A stretch of DNA of 24,000 nt from Bryobacterales bacterium (lineage in GTDB: Bacteria; Acidobacteriota; Terriglobia; Bryobacterales; Bryobacteraceae), in NCBI GenBank assembly GCA_016713735.1, contig JADJOP010000001.1, positions 131,242 through 155,241 on the forward strand, read 5' to 3'. The position numbers and the translations under genes were made by a program. Positions 16,651 through 24,000 of the stretch are shown piece after piece. Within the stretch, counting starts at the first letter, position 1. Each line of letters starts with the position of its first letter. Below the pieces are notes generated by a model. The model worked only from the letters and a program-made list of their open reading frames with translations, was not told the DNA's origin and did no database searches.

Positions 16651-17907
16651 ATGCTCTTTCGCTTACTCGCCATCGGCTTCATTTGGTTTGCCACCTCGGT
16701 GGCCTGGATGTTCCTCGGTTCGACGATTCAATACCGGACCACGCACTCGGATTCGGCGCTGCGCACCAAGGTGGAGTCCACCTGGGGAGGCGAGCAGTGG
16801 CAAAGCCCGCCATCGGCCTCCTACGTAGTGGAAGAAGAGCGCGAAGAGGTGGAAGTCACCGAAGGCAAGAAGACGGTCAGGACGAAGAAGGTGCGGTCAA
16901 AGCGGGTCATTGACCCGGAGATGTCGCGGCTCTCGCTGAATGTCGAATTGAACCCGCGCCAGAAGGGGCTGCTCTGGTACAGCACGTTCGGCTACACGTT
17001 TCGCGGCGTGTACCGCTTCCGCAATCCGGGTGATGGGGAGCTTACGGTCCGGTTTGCGCTGCCGTTCCCCTCGCGGCACGGCGTCTATGACGATGTGCAG
17101 GTTGCCGCGGGCGGGCAAGGGTTGGAGGTATTTGAAGCCGGCCAGCATGCCGAGGCCGACGTCGTGCTGCCGCCGCGCGGTGCCCGCGATGTGGAGGTGA
17201 AGTTCCGCGCCCAGGGCCTGGATTTCTGGCGCTACAAGTTCGGCGACGGCGTGGGCCAGGTGCGTGACTTCCAACTCCTGATGACCACCAATTTCGCCGC
17301 CATCGACTTCCCCGAAAACACGCTCTCGCCCACCCGCCGCGAGCGCTCAGGCGACGGATGGAAGCTCGAATGGTCGTACCGCAACATGGTCTCCGGCTCG
17401 CCAATCGCGCTGGCCATGCAGAAGCGCATTCAACCCGGACCGCTCGCCGGCGAGATCAGCTACTTCGCTCCTGTGTCGCTGCTCTTCTTCTTCTTCGTGA
17501 TCCTGCTGCTCACCACCTTGCGCGGCATTCCGCTCCACCCGGTGAACTACTTCTTCCTGGCGGCTTCGTTCTTCGCCTTTCACCTGCTGCTGGCCTATCT
17601 TGCCGACCACCTCTCGATCCACGCCGCCTTCGTCACCTGTTCGCTGGTGAGCGTGTTCCTTGTGGCGAGCTACCTGCGCGTCGTCACCGGGGCGAAGTTT
17701 GCTTTGCGCGAGGCGGCCGGGGCGCAGTTCGTCTACCTGATTCTGTTCAGCTACGCGTTTTTCTACGAGGGCTACACGGGCCTAGCCATTACGGTGGGGG
17801 CCATTCTCACACTCTTCGTGGCCATGCAGGCGACGGCTCGCGTGAAGTGGGACGAGGTGTTCGCCGCCGGCGGCGCGCCGCCGAAGCCGCAGCCGCTGGC
17901 TCAGTGA
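16651..17907 (+). CDS. CreD-like inner-membrane protein
   Basis: 418-aa ORF with an N-terminal TM helix (LLAIGFIWFATSVAWMFLG), a ~230-aa periplasmic region, and then a cluster of C-terminal TM helices. The block 'IPLHPVNYFFLAASFFAFHLLLAYLADHL' parallels E. coli CreD 'RLHPMQYLLVGLSLVMFYLLLLALSEH'. Confidence 0.7.
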   Translation: MLFRLLAIGFIWFATSVAWMFLGSTIQYRTTHSDSALRTKVESTWGGEQWQSPPSASYVVEEEREEVEVTEGKKTVRTKKVRSKRVIDPEMSRLSLNVELNPRQKGLLWYSTFGYTFRGVYRFRNPGDGELTVRFALPFPSRHGVYDDVQVAAGGQGLEVFEAGQHAEADVVLPPRGARDVEVKFRAQGLDFWRYKFGDGVGQVRDFQLLMTTNFAAIDFPENTLSPTRRERSGDGWKLEWSYRNMVSGSPIALAMQKRIQPGPLAGEISYFAPVSLLFFFFVILLLTTLRGIPLHPVNYFFLAASFFAFHLLLAYLADHLSIHAAFVTCSLVSVFLVASYLRVVTGAKFALREAAGAQFVYLILFSYAFFYEGYTGLAITVGAILTLFVAMQATARVKWDEVFAAGGAPPKPQPLAQ

Positions 17908-17928
17908 CGCTACACTGAGCGGTTGGCG

Positions 17929-19473
17929 ATGAATTATCTCACTTACTCGGGCAACAACCTGATCGACGTGCGCTTGCCGGAGGGCTCAAACGTGCTCTAT
18001 GCGCCGCGGCCTGAACCGGGCTTGACGCGGGCCCAGATTCCAGCCGCGGTCAGGCAGGCGTTCGAGGCCCCGGTCGACATGCCGCCGCTGAAGTCGATGG
18101 TGAACGGCAACTCGAAAATCCTCATCTGTTTTGACGACAACTGCCAGCCCTTCCCGCCCTCGTCGCGGCCCGACATCCGCCAGTTGATGATCGAGGCGCT
18201 GCTGCCCATGCTCTACGAGGCCGGCGTGAACAAGCAGAACATCCGCTTGATGTGCGCCGTGGCTCTGCACCGCAAGATGAAGCGGCACGAGTTGGAGTTC
18301 ATGGTCGGCCCAAGTGTCATGCAGGAGTTCTACCCGGCGCAACTCACCAACTTCGACGCCGAGGCCCCCGACGAACTCGCCTACCTGGGCGAAACGGAGA
18401 AGGGTGAACCCGTCGAAACCTCGCGCTTCGCCGTCGAAGCCGACCTCCTGATTTACCTCGACGCGGTGCAGATTCCCTTGAACGGCGGCCACAAGAGCGT
18501 TGCCGTCGGCCTCGGCACCTACAAGACGATCGCGTCGCACCACTCGCCGCACATGACCAAAGAGGTGCCGCACGTCATGCAGCCGCACGGCTCCTGCATG
18601 CACGACTGCATCGAGCGCATCTCGCGCGTCGTCTCCAAACACGTCAAGATCATGGTGCTTGAGGCGGCCATGAACAACGCCACCTACCCCGGCTACATGA
18701 ACCACCTCGGCATCCCCGACTCGGAGTGCAATCCCATTCAGTTGGTGATCAAGAAGATGACGCCGCTGACGATGATGGTGACGCCCGAGCCGGTACGCCG
18801 CAAGATCTTCGCCTCGGTGCCAGGAGCCAACGCACCGATGGAGATGAGCGCCGGCACCATCGACGGCGTCCATCCCCGCACGGTGGCCGCCATGCACAGG
18901 CAGTTGAAGGTCGAGGTGCCGCGGCAATACGACACGCTCGTCTTCGGCCTGCCCGACCTGAGCCCGTATGCCATCGATGCCCGCATCAACCCCGTGCTCG
19001 TGTTGAGCGATGTGCTGGGCTACGTCTTCAACTGGTTCTTCAACAAGCCGCTGGTGAAGCAGGGCGGCACGGTGATCCTGCTCAATCCCGTCTTTGAAAT
19101 CTTCCACCCGGAGTATCACACCGCCTACGAGCAGTTCTGGCGCGAAGTGTTGCCCCAGACGGCCGACCCCATGGAGATGCACCAGCGCTTCCAGGAGAAG
19201 TTCGCCTTCGATGAGAAACTGCGCGACGACTACCGCAACAAGTTCGCCCACCACGGCTTCCACCCGTTCACCGTCTGGTATTGGGCCACCTATCCGCTGA
19301 AATATCTGTCGCAGGTGATCATGGTCGGCCCCAAGACCGACGCGGCTCCGAAGCGTCTCGGCGTGAAGTGGGCGCCCTCGGTGGATGTGGCGCTCGAAAT
19401 GGCGCGCAAGAACGGCAAGGACGACGTCGTGGCGTTGACGCTGCCCCCGTTCTTCTATGTCAACGTGGGCTGA
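17929..19473 (+). CDS. LarA-like (DUF2088, lactate-racemase N-terminal domain family) protein, divergent
   Basis: ORF 17923..19473; ATG 17929 (MNYLTYSG...) is preferred over TTG 17923. It follows the LarA N-domain layout: KILICFDD..., AVALHRKM, LGETEKGEPVE, EADLLIYLDAVQIPLNGGHKSVAVGLGTYKTIASHH. At ~514 aa it is longer than the LarA I recall (~420 aa). Confidence 0.65.
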   Translation: MNYLTYSGNNLIDVRLPEGSNVLYAPRPEPGLTRAQIPAAVRQAFEAPVDMPPLKSMVNGNSKILICFDDNCQPFPPSSRPDIRQLMIEALLPMLYEAGVNKQNIRLMCAVALHRKMKRHELEFMVGPSVMQEFYPAQLTNFDAEAPDELAYLGETEKGEPVETSRFAVEADLLIYLDAVQIPLNGGHKSVAVGLGTYKTIASHHSPHMTKEVPHVMQPHGSCMHDCIERISRVVSKHVKIMVLEAAMNNATYPGYMNHLGIPDSECNPIQLVIKKMTPLTMMVTPEPVRRKIFASVPGANAPMEMSAGTIDGVHPRTVAAMHRQLKVEVPRQYDTLVFGLPDLSPYAIDARINPVLVLSDVLGYVFNWFFNKPLVKQGGTVILLNPVFEIFHPEYHTAYEQFWREVLPQTADPMEMHQRFQEKFAFDEKLRDDYRNKFAHHGFHPFTVWYWATYPLKYLSQVIMVGPKTDAAPKRLGVKWAPSVDVALEMARKNGKDDVVALTLPPFFYVNVG

Positions 19474-19607
19474 GCGATCCTGTAGTATTTTCCCGAATTG
19501 TGTGTTTCTTGCCCTGCGCGGAGTCGCGCGCCTCTGGTAACTGCTTGCACGCAGGCCGCCGGTCGCCTCTGGCAGCGTGTGTGCAGGGGAAGCGCTGGGA
19601 GGTTGAC

Positions 19608-19946
19608 ATGAGACTCACTCAACTCACACCGCTTGTTTTCGCCGGACTGCTGGTTCTGTCGCCCGCCATGGCGGCGCAATCGCAGTTCGGTGTGCGAACC
19701 GACCAGGCCCCGCCGCAGCCGGAACAGAAGTCCGACAGCGAGACGGCCAAGAAAGTGCGCGAGGCACTGAAGCAGAATCAACTGCCTTCGCAAGCCACCA
19801 GCCGGATTGACGTGCTCGTCAAGGACGGCAAGGTCTTCCTCTCCGGCACGGTGGCCTCAAAGGCGGAAAGCGACAAGGCTGAGCAGGTGGCCACCGGAAT
19901 TGCCGGTTCGGGCATGGTGACCAACTCCCTGCAGATCAAGCCATAG
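19608..19946 (+). CDS. BON-domain periplasmic protein (OsmY-like)
   Basis: ATG 19608 follows GGGAGG (19597-19602). The signal peptide is MRLTQLTPLVFAGLLVLSPAMAAQ. The BON pattern is KKVREALKQN...IDVLVKDGKVFLSGTVASKAESDKAEQVATGIAGSGMVTNSLQI. Confidence 0.8.
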   Translation: MRLTQLTPLVFAGLLVLSPAMAAQSQFGVRTDQAPPQPEQKSDSETAKKVREALKQNQLPSQATSRIDVLVKDGKVFLSGTVASKAESDKAEQVATGIAGSGMVTNSLQIKP

Positions 19947-19956
19947 GAGCGCGGGC

Positions 19957-20055
19957 ATGAAGTACCTGCTGGCGCTCCTGTTGGGAGCCCCGCGTGTGGT
20001 CATCCTGCTCTGGGCCATCGCCGCACAGGTCAGCGATAAGCCGGAATGCCGGTGA
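19957..20055 (+). CDS. Possible 32-aa hydrophobic peptide
   Basis: Below the ORF-track size cut-off. My translation is MKYLLALLLGAPRVVILLWAIAAQVSDKPECR*. GGAG (19946-19949) lies 7 nt upstream of the ATG, immediately after the BON gene stop. It has one predicted TM helix. Its 3' 26 nt overlap the convergent gcdH 3' end. Confidence 0.3.
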   Translation: MKYLLALLLGAPRVVILLWAIAAQVSDKPECR

Positions 20056-21195
20056 CGCGCTCACCGATGACGAGGGTATGGATGTGGTCCGTGCCCTCGT
20101 ACGTTTTCACGGTTTCCAGGTTGCACATGTGGCGGAAGATCGGGTAGTCGTCGATGATCCCGTTGCCGCCCAGCAGGTCGCGCGCATCGCGGGCCACATC
20201 GAGCGCGATGGCGACATTGTTGCGCTTGATCATGGAGACGTGCGCCGCCTCCAGCTTGCCCTGGTCCTTCAGCCGCCCGGCGTGGATCGTGAGCGCCTGC
20301 GCCTTGGTGATCTCGGTGATCATGTTGGCGAGCTTCTCCTGCACGAGCTGGTGCGAGGCGATCGGCCGGTCGTCGAACTGCTTGCGGTCAATCGTGTACT
20401 GCCGCGCCGTCTCAAAGCAGTCCATGGCCGCGCCGATCACGCCCCAGGCGATCCCATAGCGGGCCTGCGTCAGGCAGGCCAGCGCCGAGCGCAGCCCCTT
20501 GGCGCCGGGCAGCATCGCCGAAGCGGGCACGCGGCAATCGGCAAAGGCGAGGCTCGACGTCACGCTGGCGCGCATGGAGAGCTTTCCGTGAATGTCGCTC
20601 GAAGTGAAGCCCGGAGTTCCCTTCTCCACCAGGAAGCCGCGAATGCCGTCGTCGGTACGGGCCCAGACGACGGCCACGTCGGCAATCGTGCCCGATGTGA
20701 TCCAGGTCTTCTCCCCGTTGATCACCCAGTGGTCGCCATCCCGCACGGCGCGCGTCGTCATGCCCGAGGGATTCGACCCAAAGCCCGGCTCGGTCAGGCC
20801 GAAGCAACCAAGCCTGCGGCCCGCGGCCATCTCCGGCAACCAGCGCTGCTTCTGCTCTTCCGTGCCGAATTCATGGATAGGGTACATCACCAGCGCGCCC
20901 TGCACGCTGCAAAAGCTGCGCAGGCCGGAATCGCCGCGTTCGAGTTCCTGCATCACGAGCCCGTACTCCACGTTCGACATGCCGGGACAGCCATAGCCTT
21001 CGAGATTGCAGCCAAGAAAGCCCATCTCACCCAGTTGGGAATGATCTGCGACGGGAAGCGGCCCTCGCGGTAACAATCGCGAATGAGGGGAATGAACTCC
21101 TGGCTGATGAACTCACGCGCCGTGCGGCGCACCAGAAGCTCGTCCTCGCCGAACAGCGAGTCGATGTGCATGTAATCGACGCCCTTGAAAGCCAT
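20030..21195 (-). pseudogene. gcdH: Glutaryl-CoA dehydrogenase, interrupted by a 1-nt frameshift near 21037-21039
   Basis: The N-terminal 80-aa ORF (20953..21195) reads MAFKGVDYMHIDSLFGEDELLVRRTAREFISQEFIPLIRDCYREGRFPSQIIP, then turns to nonsense. The 348-aa ORF (20030..21076) carries QLGEMGFLGCN...GCFGLTEPGFGSNPSGM...RYGIAWG...KRNN...LGGNGIIDDYPIFRHMCNLETVKTYEGTDHIHTLVIGERVTGIPAY. The span of 1166 nt is 1 nt short of a ~388-aa GCDH. Confidence 0.85.
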
Positions 21196-21247
21196 ATGGC
21201 TTCAGTGTAGCGTCTGGCAGGACGTATGTCGCCGGCGCGCGCGGCGG

Positions 21248-22075
21248 CTATTTCACACCAAGCAGCTCTTTTTGCACCTGCCGCGAACGTGTGGTCAGCG
21301 AGCGTAACTGGCGCATGTCTTCATCGGCCGAAGCGATGGCCGACTGGATGCGCGAGATGTCGGGGCGCGTGGCCGCCGGGCCCTCGCCGGGGTTTTCCAA
21401 TTGCAGGCCGAGCGTCCGCAGCGAATCGGTCGCTTCCCGGTAGCGGGCCAGAATGTTGGTCATGTAGTTCTCGCGGCGGCGGGCCAGGTCCTCCAGATCC
21501 TCGGTCAGCTTGCGCACCCGTTGCAGGCTGCGCGCATGCTGCTCGCTTTCGGTGCGAAGGGTCTTCAGCGCGGCTTCCTGCTGCGCCAGCCGCGCATCCT
21601 TCTGCTGGCTGGACTGCTGGAGTTCGACAATCTGCTCCGTGTTCTGGTCAATGCGCTGGCGCAGCGTCACCTCGTTCTCGCGCAGTTGCTTGTCCTGCTC
21701 CTGTGTCGCCTGGAAGCGCTGCTCCATCTCGGCCAGCTTGGAGCGCACCTCGGCCAGCGCCGACTCCGATCGGCTCAGTTGTTGGTCCTTCAACCGGATG
21801 AGTTCGGTGAGATCGGCTTCGCGCCGGGAATAGGGCGTGACGCCGCTCTTGGATGCGGCGGGCGCCGTCGTCTGTGCCGACTCGGCGGCCGGCATTGGCT
21901 GACCGAGCTCCCGCAGGCGTTTCTCGGCTTCCCCAAGACGCCCGCGCAACTCCGCCTCGGTCTTGCGCCACGACTCGGCTTCCATGCTGCCGCCGGGGGT
22001 GGAGGCCGTCTTCCAATAGACCAGGCCGCCCGCTGTGATCAGCACAAGGGCCAGGGCCAACTGCCACGACTTCAT
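21248..22075 (-). CDS. Membrane-anchored coiled-coil protein (hypothetical)
   Basis: 275-aa ORF. The N-terminal TM helix is MKSWQLALALVLITAGGLVYW. It is followed by ~200 aa of heptad-like Glu/Gln/Arg/Leu-rich sequence (LAEVRSKLAEMEQRFQATQEQDKQLRENEVTLRQRIDQNTEQIVELQQ...). The ATG lies 3 nt after the upstream stop. Confidence 0.7.
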   Translation of the reverse strand: MKSWQLALALVLITAGGLVYWKTASTPGGSMEAESWRKTEAELRGRLGEAEKRLRELGQPMPAAESAQTTAPAASKSGVTPYSRREADLTELIRLKDQQLSRSESALAEVRSKLAEMEQRFQATQEQDKQLRENEVTLRQRIDQNTEQIVELQQSSQQKDARLAQQEAALKTLRTESEQHARSLQRVRKLTEDLEDLARRRENYMTNILARYREATDSLRTLGLQLENPGEGPAATRPDISRIQSAIASADEDMRQLRSLTTRSRQVQKELLGVK

Positions 22076-22078
22076 GGG

Positions 22079-22978
22079 TCAGCGTCCTTTCTGGGAAAAC
22101 TGTCTCCGAGGGCGTGAGTGTATCGTACGCCCTTCGGCGATGACAACTAGATCGACGGTGCCGCTCTGACCCGAGGCCAATTCCACCTCGGCTGTGTATT
22201 GGGCTTGCAGGATGGCGTCGAAGGCGCGATCCACCGAGTTTGGAATGTCGGCCAGCGAGCGGCAATACTCAGCCGAACCTCCGGTGGAGCGCATCAGCTC
22301 CTGCAGTCCCGTCTGGTAGGCCGTATTCAAACGGTCGCTGAGATATTGCAGATGCACCAGGTAGAGCGGCGATTCCCCGTGCCGCATGCGCGCTGTGATC
22401 TGGCGGATCTTCTCGTTGATCAGCCCTTCCGGAAAGCGGCGGCTCATATCGCCCGAATCACTGGAATTCACAACCGGGTTCGAGTAGTCTTCCTGGTAGT
22501 TCAGGACATTGCTGTCGCTGATGAACAGCGCCGCCACCCGCACATGGGCGCGGGCCGCGATCGAATCGGCGAGCATCTGCGCGTTCTCCAGCGAATCGAG
22601 CAGACCAGGCCGAGGGGCCGTGGCAAGGGACTCAATCGCCGCCGTCAGTTCAGCCCGCGGAGCCCCAGGGTCAAGCGCCGGGCGCAACCCGTCTTGCGCC
22701 CGCATCAGCGCCACGCGGACATTCGCCGGCAGTGCGGCCAGACGCTTCAGCAGCGCCTGCCGCGCCGGATCCGCCAGCGTCAGGTCGCCGGAGAGGTCGA
22801 GCACCAGCAGCAGAAACAGGTCAGAGCCGGGAGCCAGCAGGCGAACCACACGCGCGGCTTTCCCATTGAGGGAGATCTTTACCTCTTCCGGTTTCAGAGC
22901 AGGTTCGCCGGGAGCCTGGAACGGCACGCGGATCAGCGCGCGAGGCTCGGGGGCGGCCGGCGCCAGGGCCAGCGCCAT
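22079..22978 (-). CDS. VWA-like domain protein (resembles the acidobacterial VWFA-related family), degenerate metal site
   Basis: This is part of ORF 22079..23308. I start it at ATG 22978, because the upstream extension overlaps the receptor gene and is Arg/Gly/His-rich nonsense. The pattern is: beta-sandwich-like lead (LIRVPFQAPGEPALKPEEVKISLNGKAARVV), then LFLLLVLDLSGDL in place of a DxSxS MIDAS, then an alpha/beta alternation. The family call is from memory. Confidence 0.55.
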   Translation of the reverse strand: MALALAPAAPEPRALIRVPFQAPGEPALKPEEVKISLNGKAARVVRLLAPGSDLFLLLVLDLSGDLTLADPARQALLKRLAALPANVRVALMRAQDGLRPALDPGAPRAELTAAIESLATAPRPGLLDSLENAQMLADSIAARAHVRVAALFISDSNVLNYQEDYSNPVVNSSDSGDMSRRFPEGLINEKIRQITARMRHGESPLYLVHLQYLSDRLNTAYQTGLQELMRSTGGSAEYCRSLADIPNSVDRAFDAILQAQYTAEVELASGQSGTVDLVVIAEGRTIHSRPRRQFSQKGR

Positions 22979-23001
22979 CCATTCGCGGCGCGTGTGTCTG
23001 C

Positions 23002-24000
23002 TCAAAAGCTGAACCTCAATCCCAGTTGAATCACGCGGCCCCCGCGAGAGCCGATGATCCGACCGGCATTCACGTTGGGCGCGCTGGCCGGCCCGATCAT
23101 TGTGTCCGGATCGCTCCAGTTGGCATGGTTGATGAAGTTCAGACCTACCATGCTGAACTCCACGCTCTTCTCCAGCGACAGCGAGATGCGCTTGTTCACC
23201 GACAGGTCGTGGTTCTGCGCGCCCGGCCCGCGCAGCGTTGGATGCGTGCGCGATGCGTCGCCGATTGTGAAATCCGCCGGCTGGGCAAACGCGGCCGGGT
23301 TGAACCAAAGCTCGGGCGAGCGATTGGACACGTGCGGATCGACCCCCGGCACAACGTTCACGTGCAGCGTGTCCACCACGCGCCCCGTGTTGTTGAACTG
23401 CGGCCGCAGCGCGATCGGTTCTCCGCTGACAATCGTGGTAACACCGCTCAGCGACCAGCCCTCCACCAGATAGCGGCGCCAGTCGGTGACGGGAAACAAC
23501 AGCCGGTTTGGCCCCAGCGGAAGCTCGTAGGAATAGGTCACCGTGAAGGCGTGCGGATTGCTGCCCGCCGTGATGGCCTTCTCGTTTTCCCGGTTGTAGT
23601 AATCCTGGATGCCATACGGCCCCGAGTAGTTGTCCATCTGCTTGGAAAACTCATAGCTGGCCGAGAGCGCCAAACCAGAGGAAGCCCGCTTTTCCACCCG
23701 CAGCGAGCAGGCGTCGCGCTGGTAGCGGCCTTCGGGCCACGATGCATAGACATCGAAGCGCTGGTATTGCGGAAACGGCCGCACCGAGCGGTTGAAATTC
23801 TCATCGTTCAGTTGCACGCCATACTCGAGCGCGGAGAGCGGGATCGCATTGGGGTTGGACGAGCCGCTGCCCAACAGCAGGTTGCGTCCGCCCGCGTGGC
23901 CGAGCCCGAGGGTGAAGAGAAACGCGCCGGGCAACTCGCGCTCGAAACTGAGCGAGAACGACTGGTAGGTCGGCTGGATGCCACGCGGCTCAATCAGGTC
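23002..24000 (-). CDS. TonB-dependent receptor, C-terminal beta-barrel portion (gene continues past the window end)
   Basis: The frame is open from position 24000 (DLIEPRGIQPTYQSFSLSFERELPGAFLF...), so the track's start at 23934 is an internal TTG. Alternating beta-strand pattern with Tyr/Asn/Gly-rich loops. The terminal ...RVIQLGLRFSF ends in the aromatic residue typical of outer-membrane barrels. Confidence 0.8.
   Translation of the reverse strand, partial: DLIEPRGIQPTYQSFSLSFERELPGAFLFTLGLGHAGGRNLLLGSGSSNPNAIPLSALEYGVQLNDENFNRSVRPFPQYQRFDVYASWPEGRYQRDACSLRVEKRASSGLALSASYEFSKQMDNYSGPYGIQDYYNRENEKAITAGSNPHAFTVTYSYELPLGPNRLLFPVTDWRRYLVEGWSLSGVTTIVSGEPIALRPQFNNTGRVVDTLHVNVVPGVDPHVSNRSPELWFNPAAFAQPADFTIGDASRTHPTLRGPGAQNHDLSVNKRISLSLEKSVEFSMVGLNFINHANWSDPDTMIGPASAPNVNAGRIIGSRGGRVIQLGLRFSF

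Noticed and set aside
17986-19263. 425-aa minus-strand ORF
   Set aside because: It is antisense to the LarA-like gene. The composition (His/Val/Gly/Arg/Asp runs) is shadow-like.
19994-21073. 359-aa plus-strand ORF
   Set aside because: It is antisense to gcdH, whose translation matches a well-known enzyme family along its whole length.
22979-23308. Upstream 110-codon extension of the VWA-like ORF (track start 23308)
   Set aside because: The extension overlaps the TonB-dependent receptor 3' end in another frame and reads as Arg/Gly/His-rich nonsense. ATG 22978, 23 nt after the receptor stop, is the sensible start.
1-24000. Mobile element, genomic island, CRISPR array, tRNA/rRNA genes
   Set aside because: No transposase, integrase or phage-like translation appears in any frame. 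I could find no terminal inverted repeats and no repeat-spacer periodicity. The intergenic regions are too short (at most ~300 bp) and lack tRNA-like T-arm/anticodon structure. Composition looks uniform apart from the short intergenic AT-richer patches.

Overview
High-GC bacterial chromosomal segment. The gene content (DUF1549/DUF1553 + DUF1501 pair, cytochrome-c/WD40 fusion, TonB-dependent receptor ending ...GLRFSF, VWA-like protein) looks like Acidobacteria (Solibacter/Bryobacter-like) or a PVC-group organism. That placement is an impression from remembered motifs, not a search result. I support 21 protein-coding loci. I saw no rRNA, tRNA, CRISPR array, transposase/integrase or terminal inverted repeats. 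Layout, left to right: (1) a czcCBA-type heavy-metal RND efflux operon on the minus strand, with czcA running off the left edge; (2) a tightly packed five-gene minus-strand module of exported proteins (PSCyt1-WD40, Ig-like/PPC, DUF1549-DUF1553, DUF1501, MBL-fold hydrolase) with no function known to me, which is the best candidate for an undescribed system; (3) a Tat-signal PQQ dehydrogenase translationally coupled to an SDR; (4) a mixed envelope-related set (small membrane protein, orphan secreted protein, CxxCH heme protein, CreD-like membrane protein, divergent LarA-like protein, BON-domain protein, possible 32-aa membrane peptide); (5) glutaryl-CoA dehydrogenase; (6) an operon of TonB-dependent receptor, VWA-like protein and membrane-anchored coiled-coil protein that runs off the right edge. 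Three genes (WD40 protein, PPC protein, gcdH) are split by frameshifts, and each needs +1 nt to restore the frame. Two of these sit in 3-nt G/C runs. The many long ORFs antisense to these genes are high-GC shadow ORFs. All family calls come from motifs read in the translations; no HMM or BLAST was possible.
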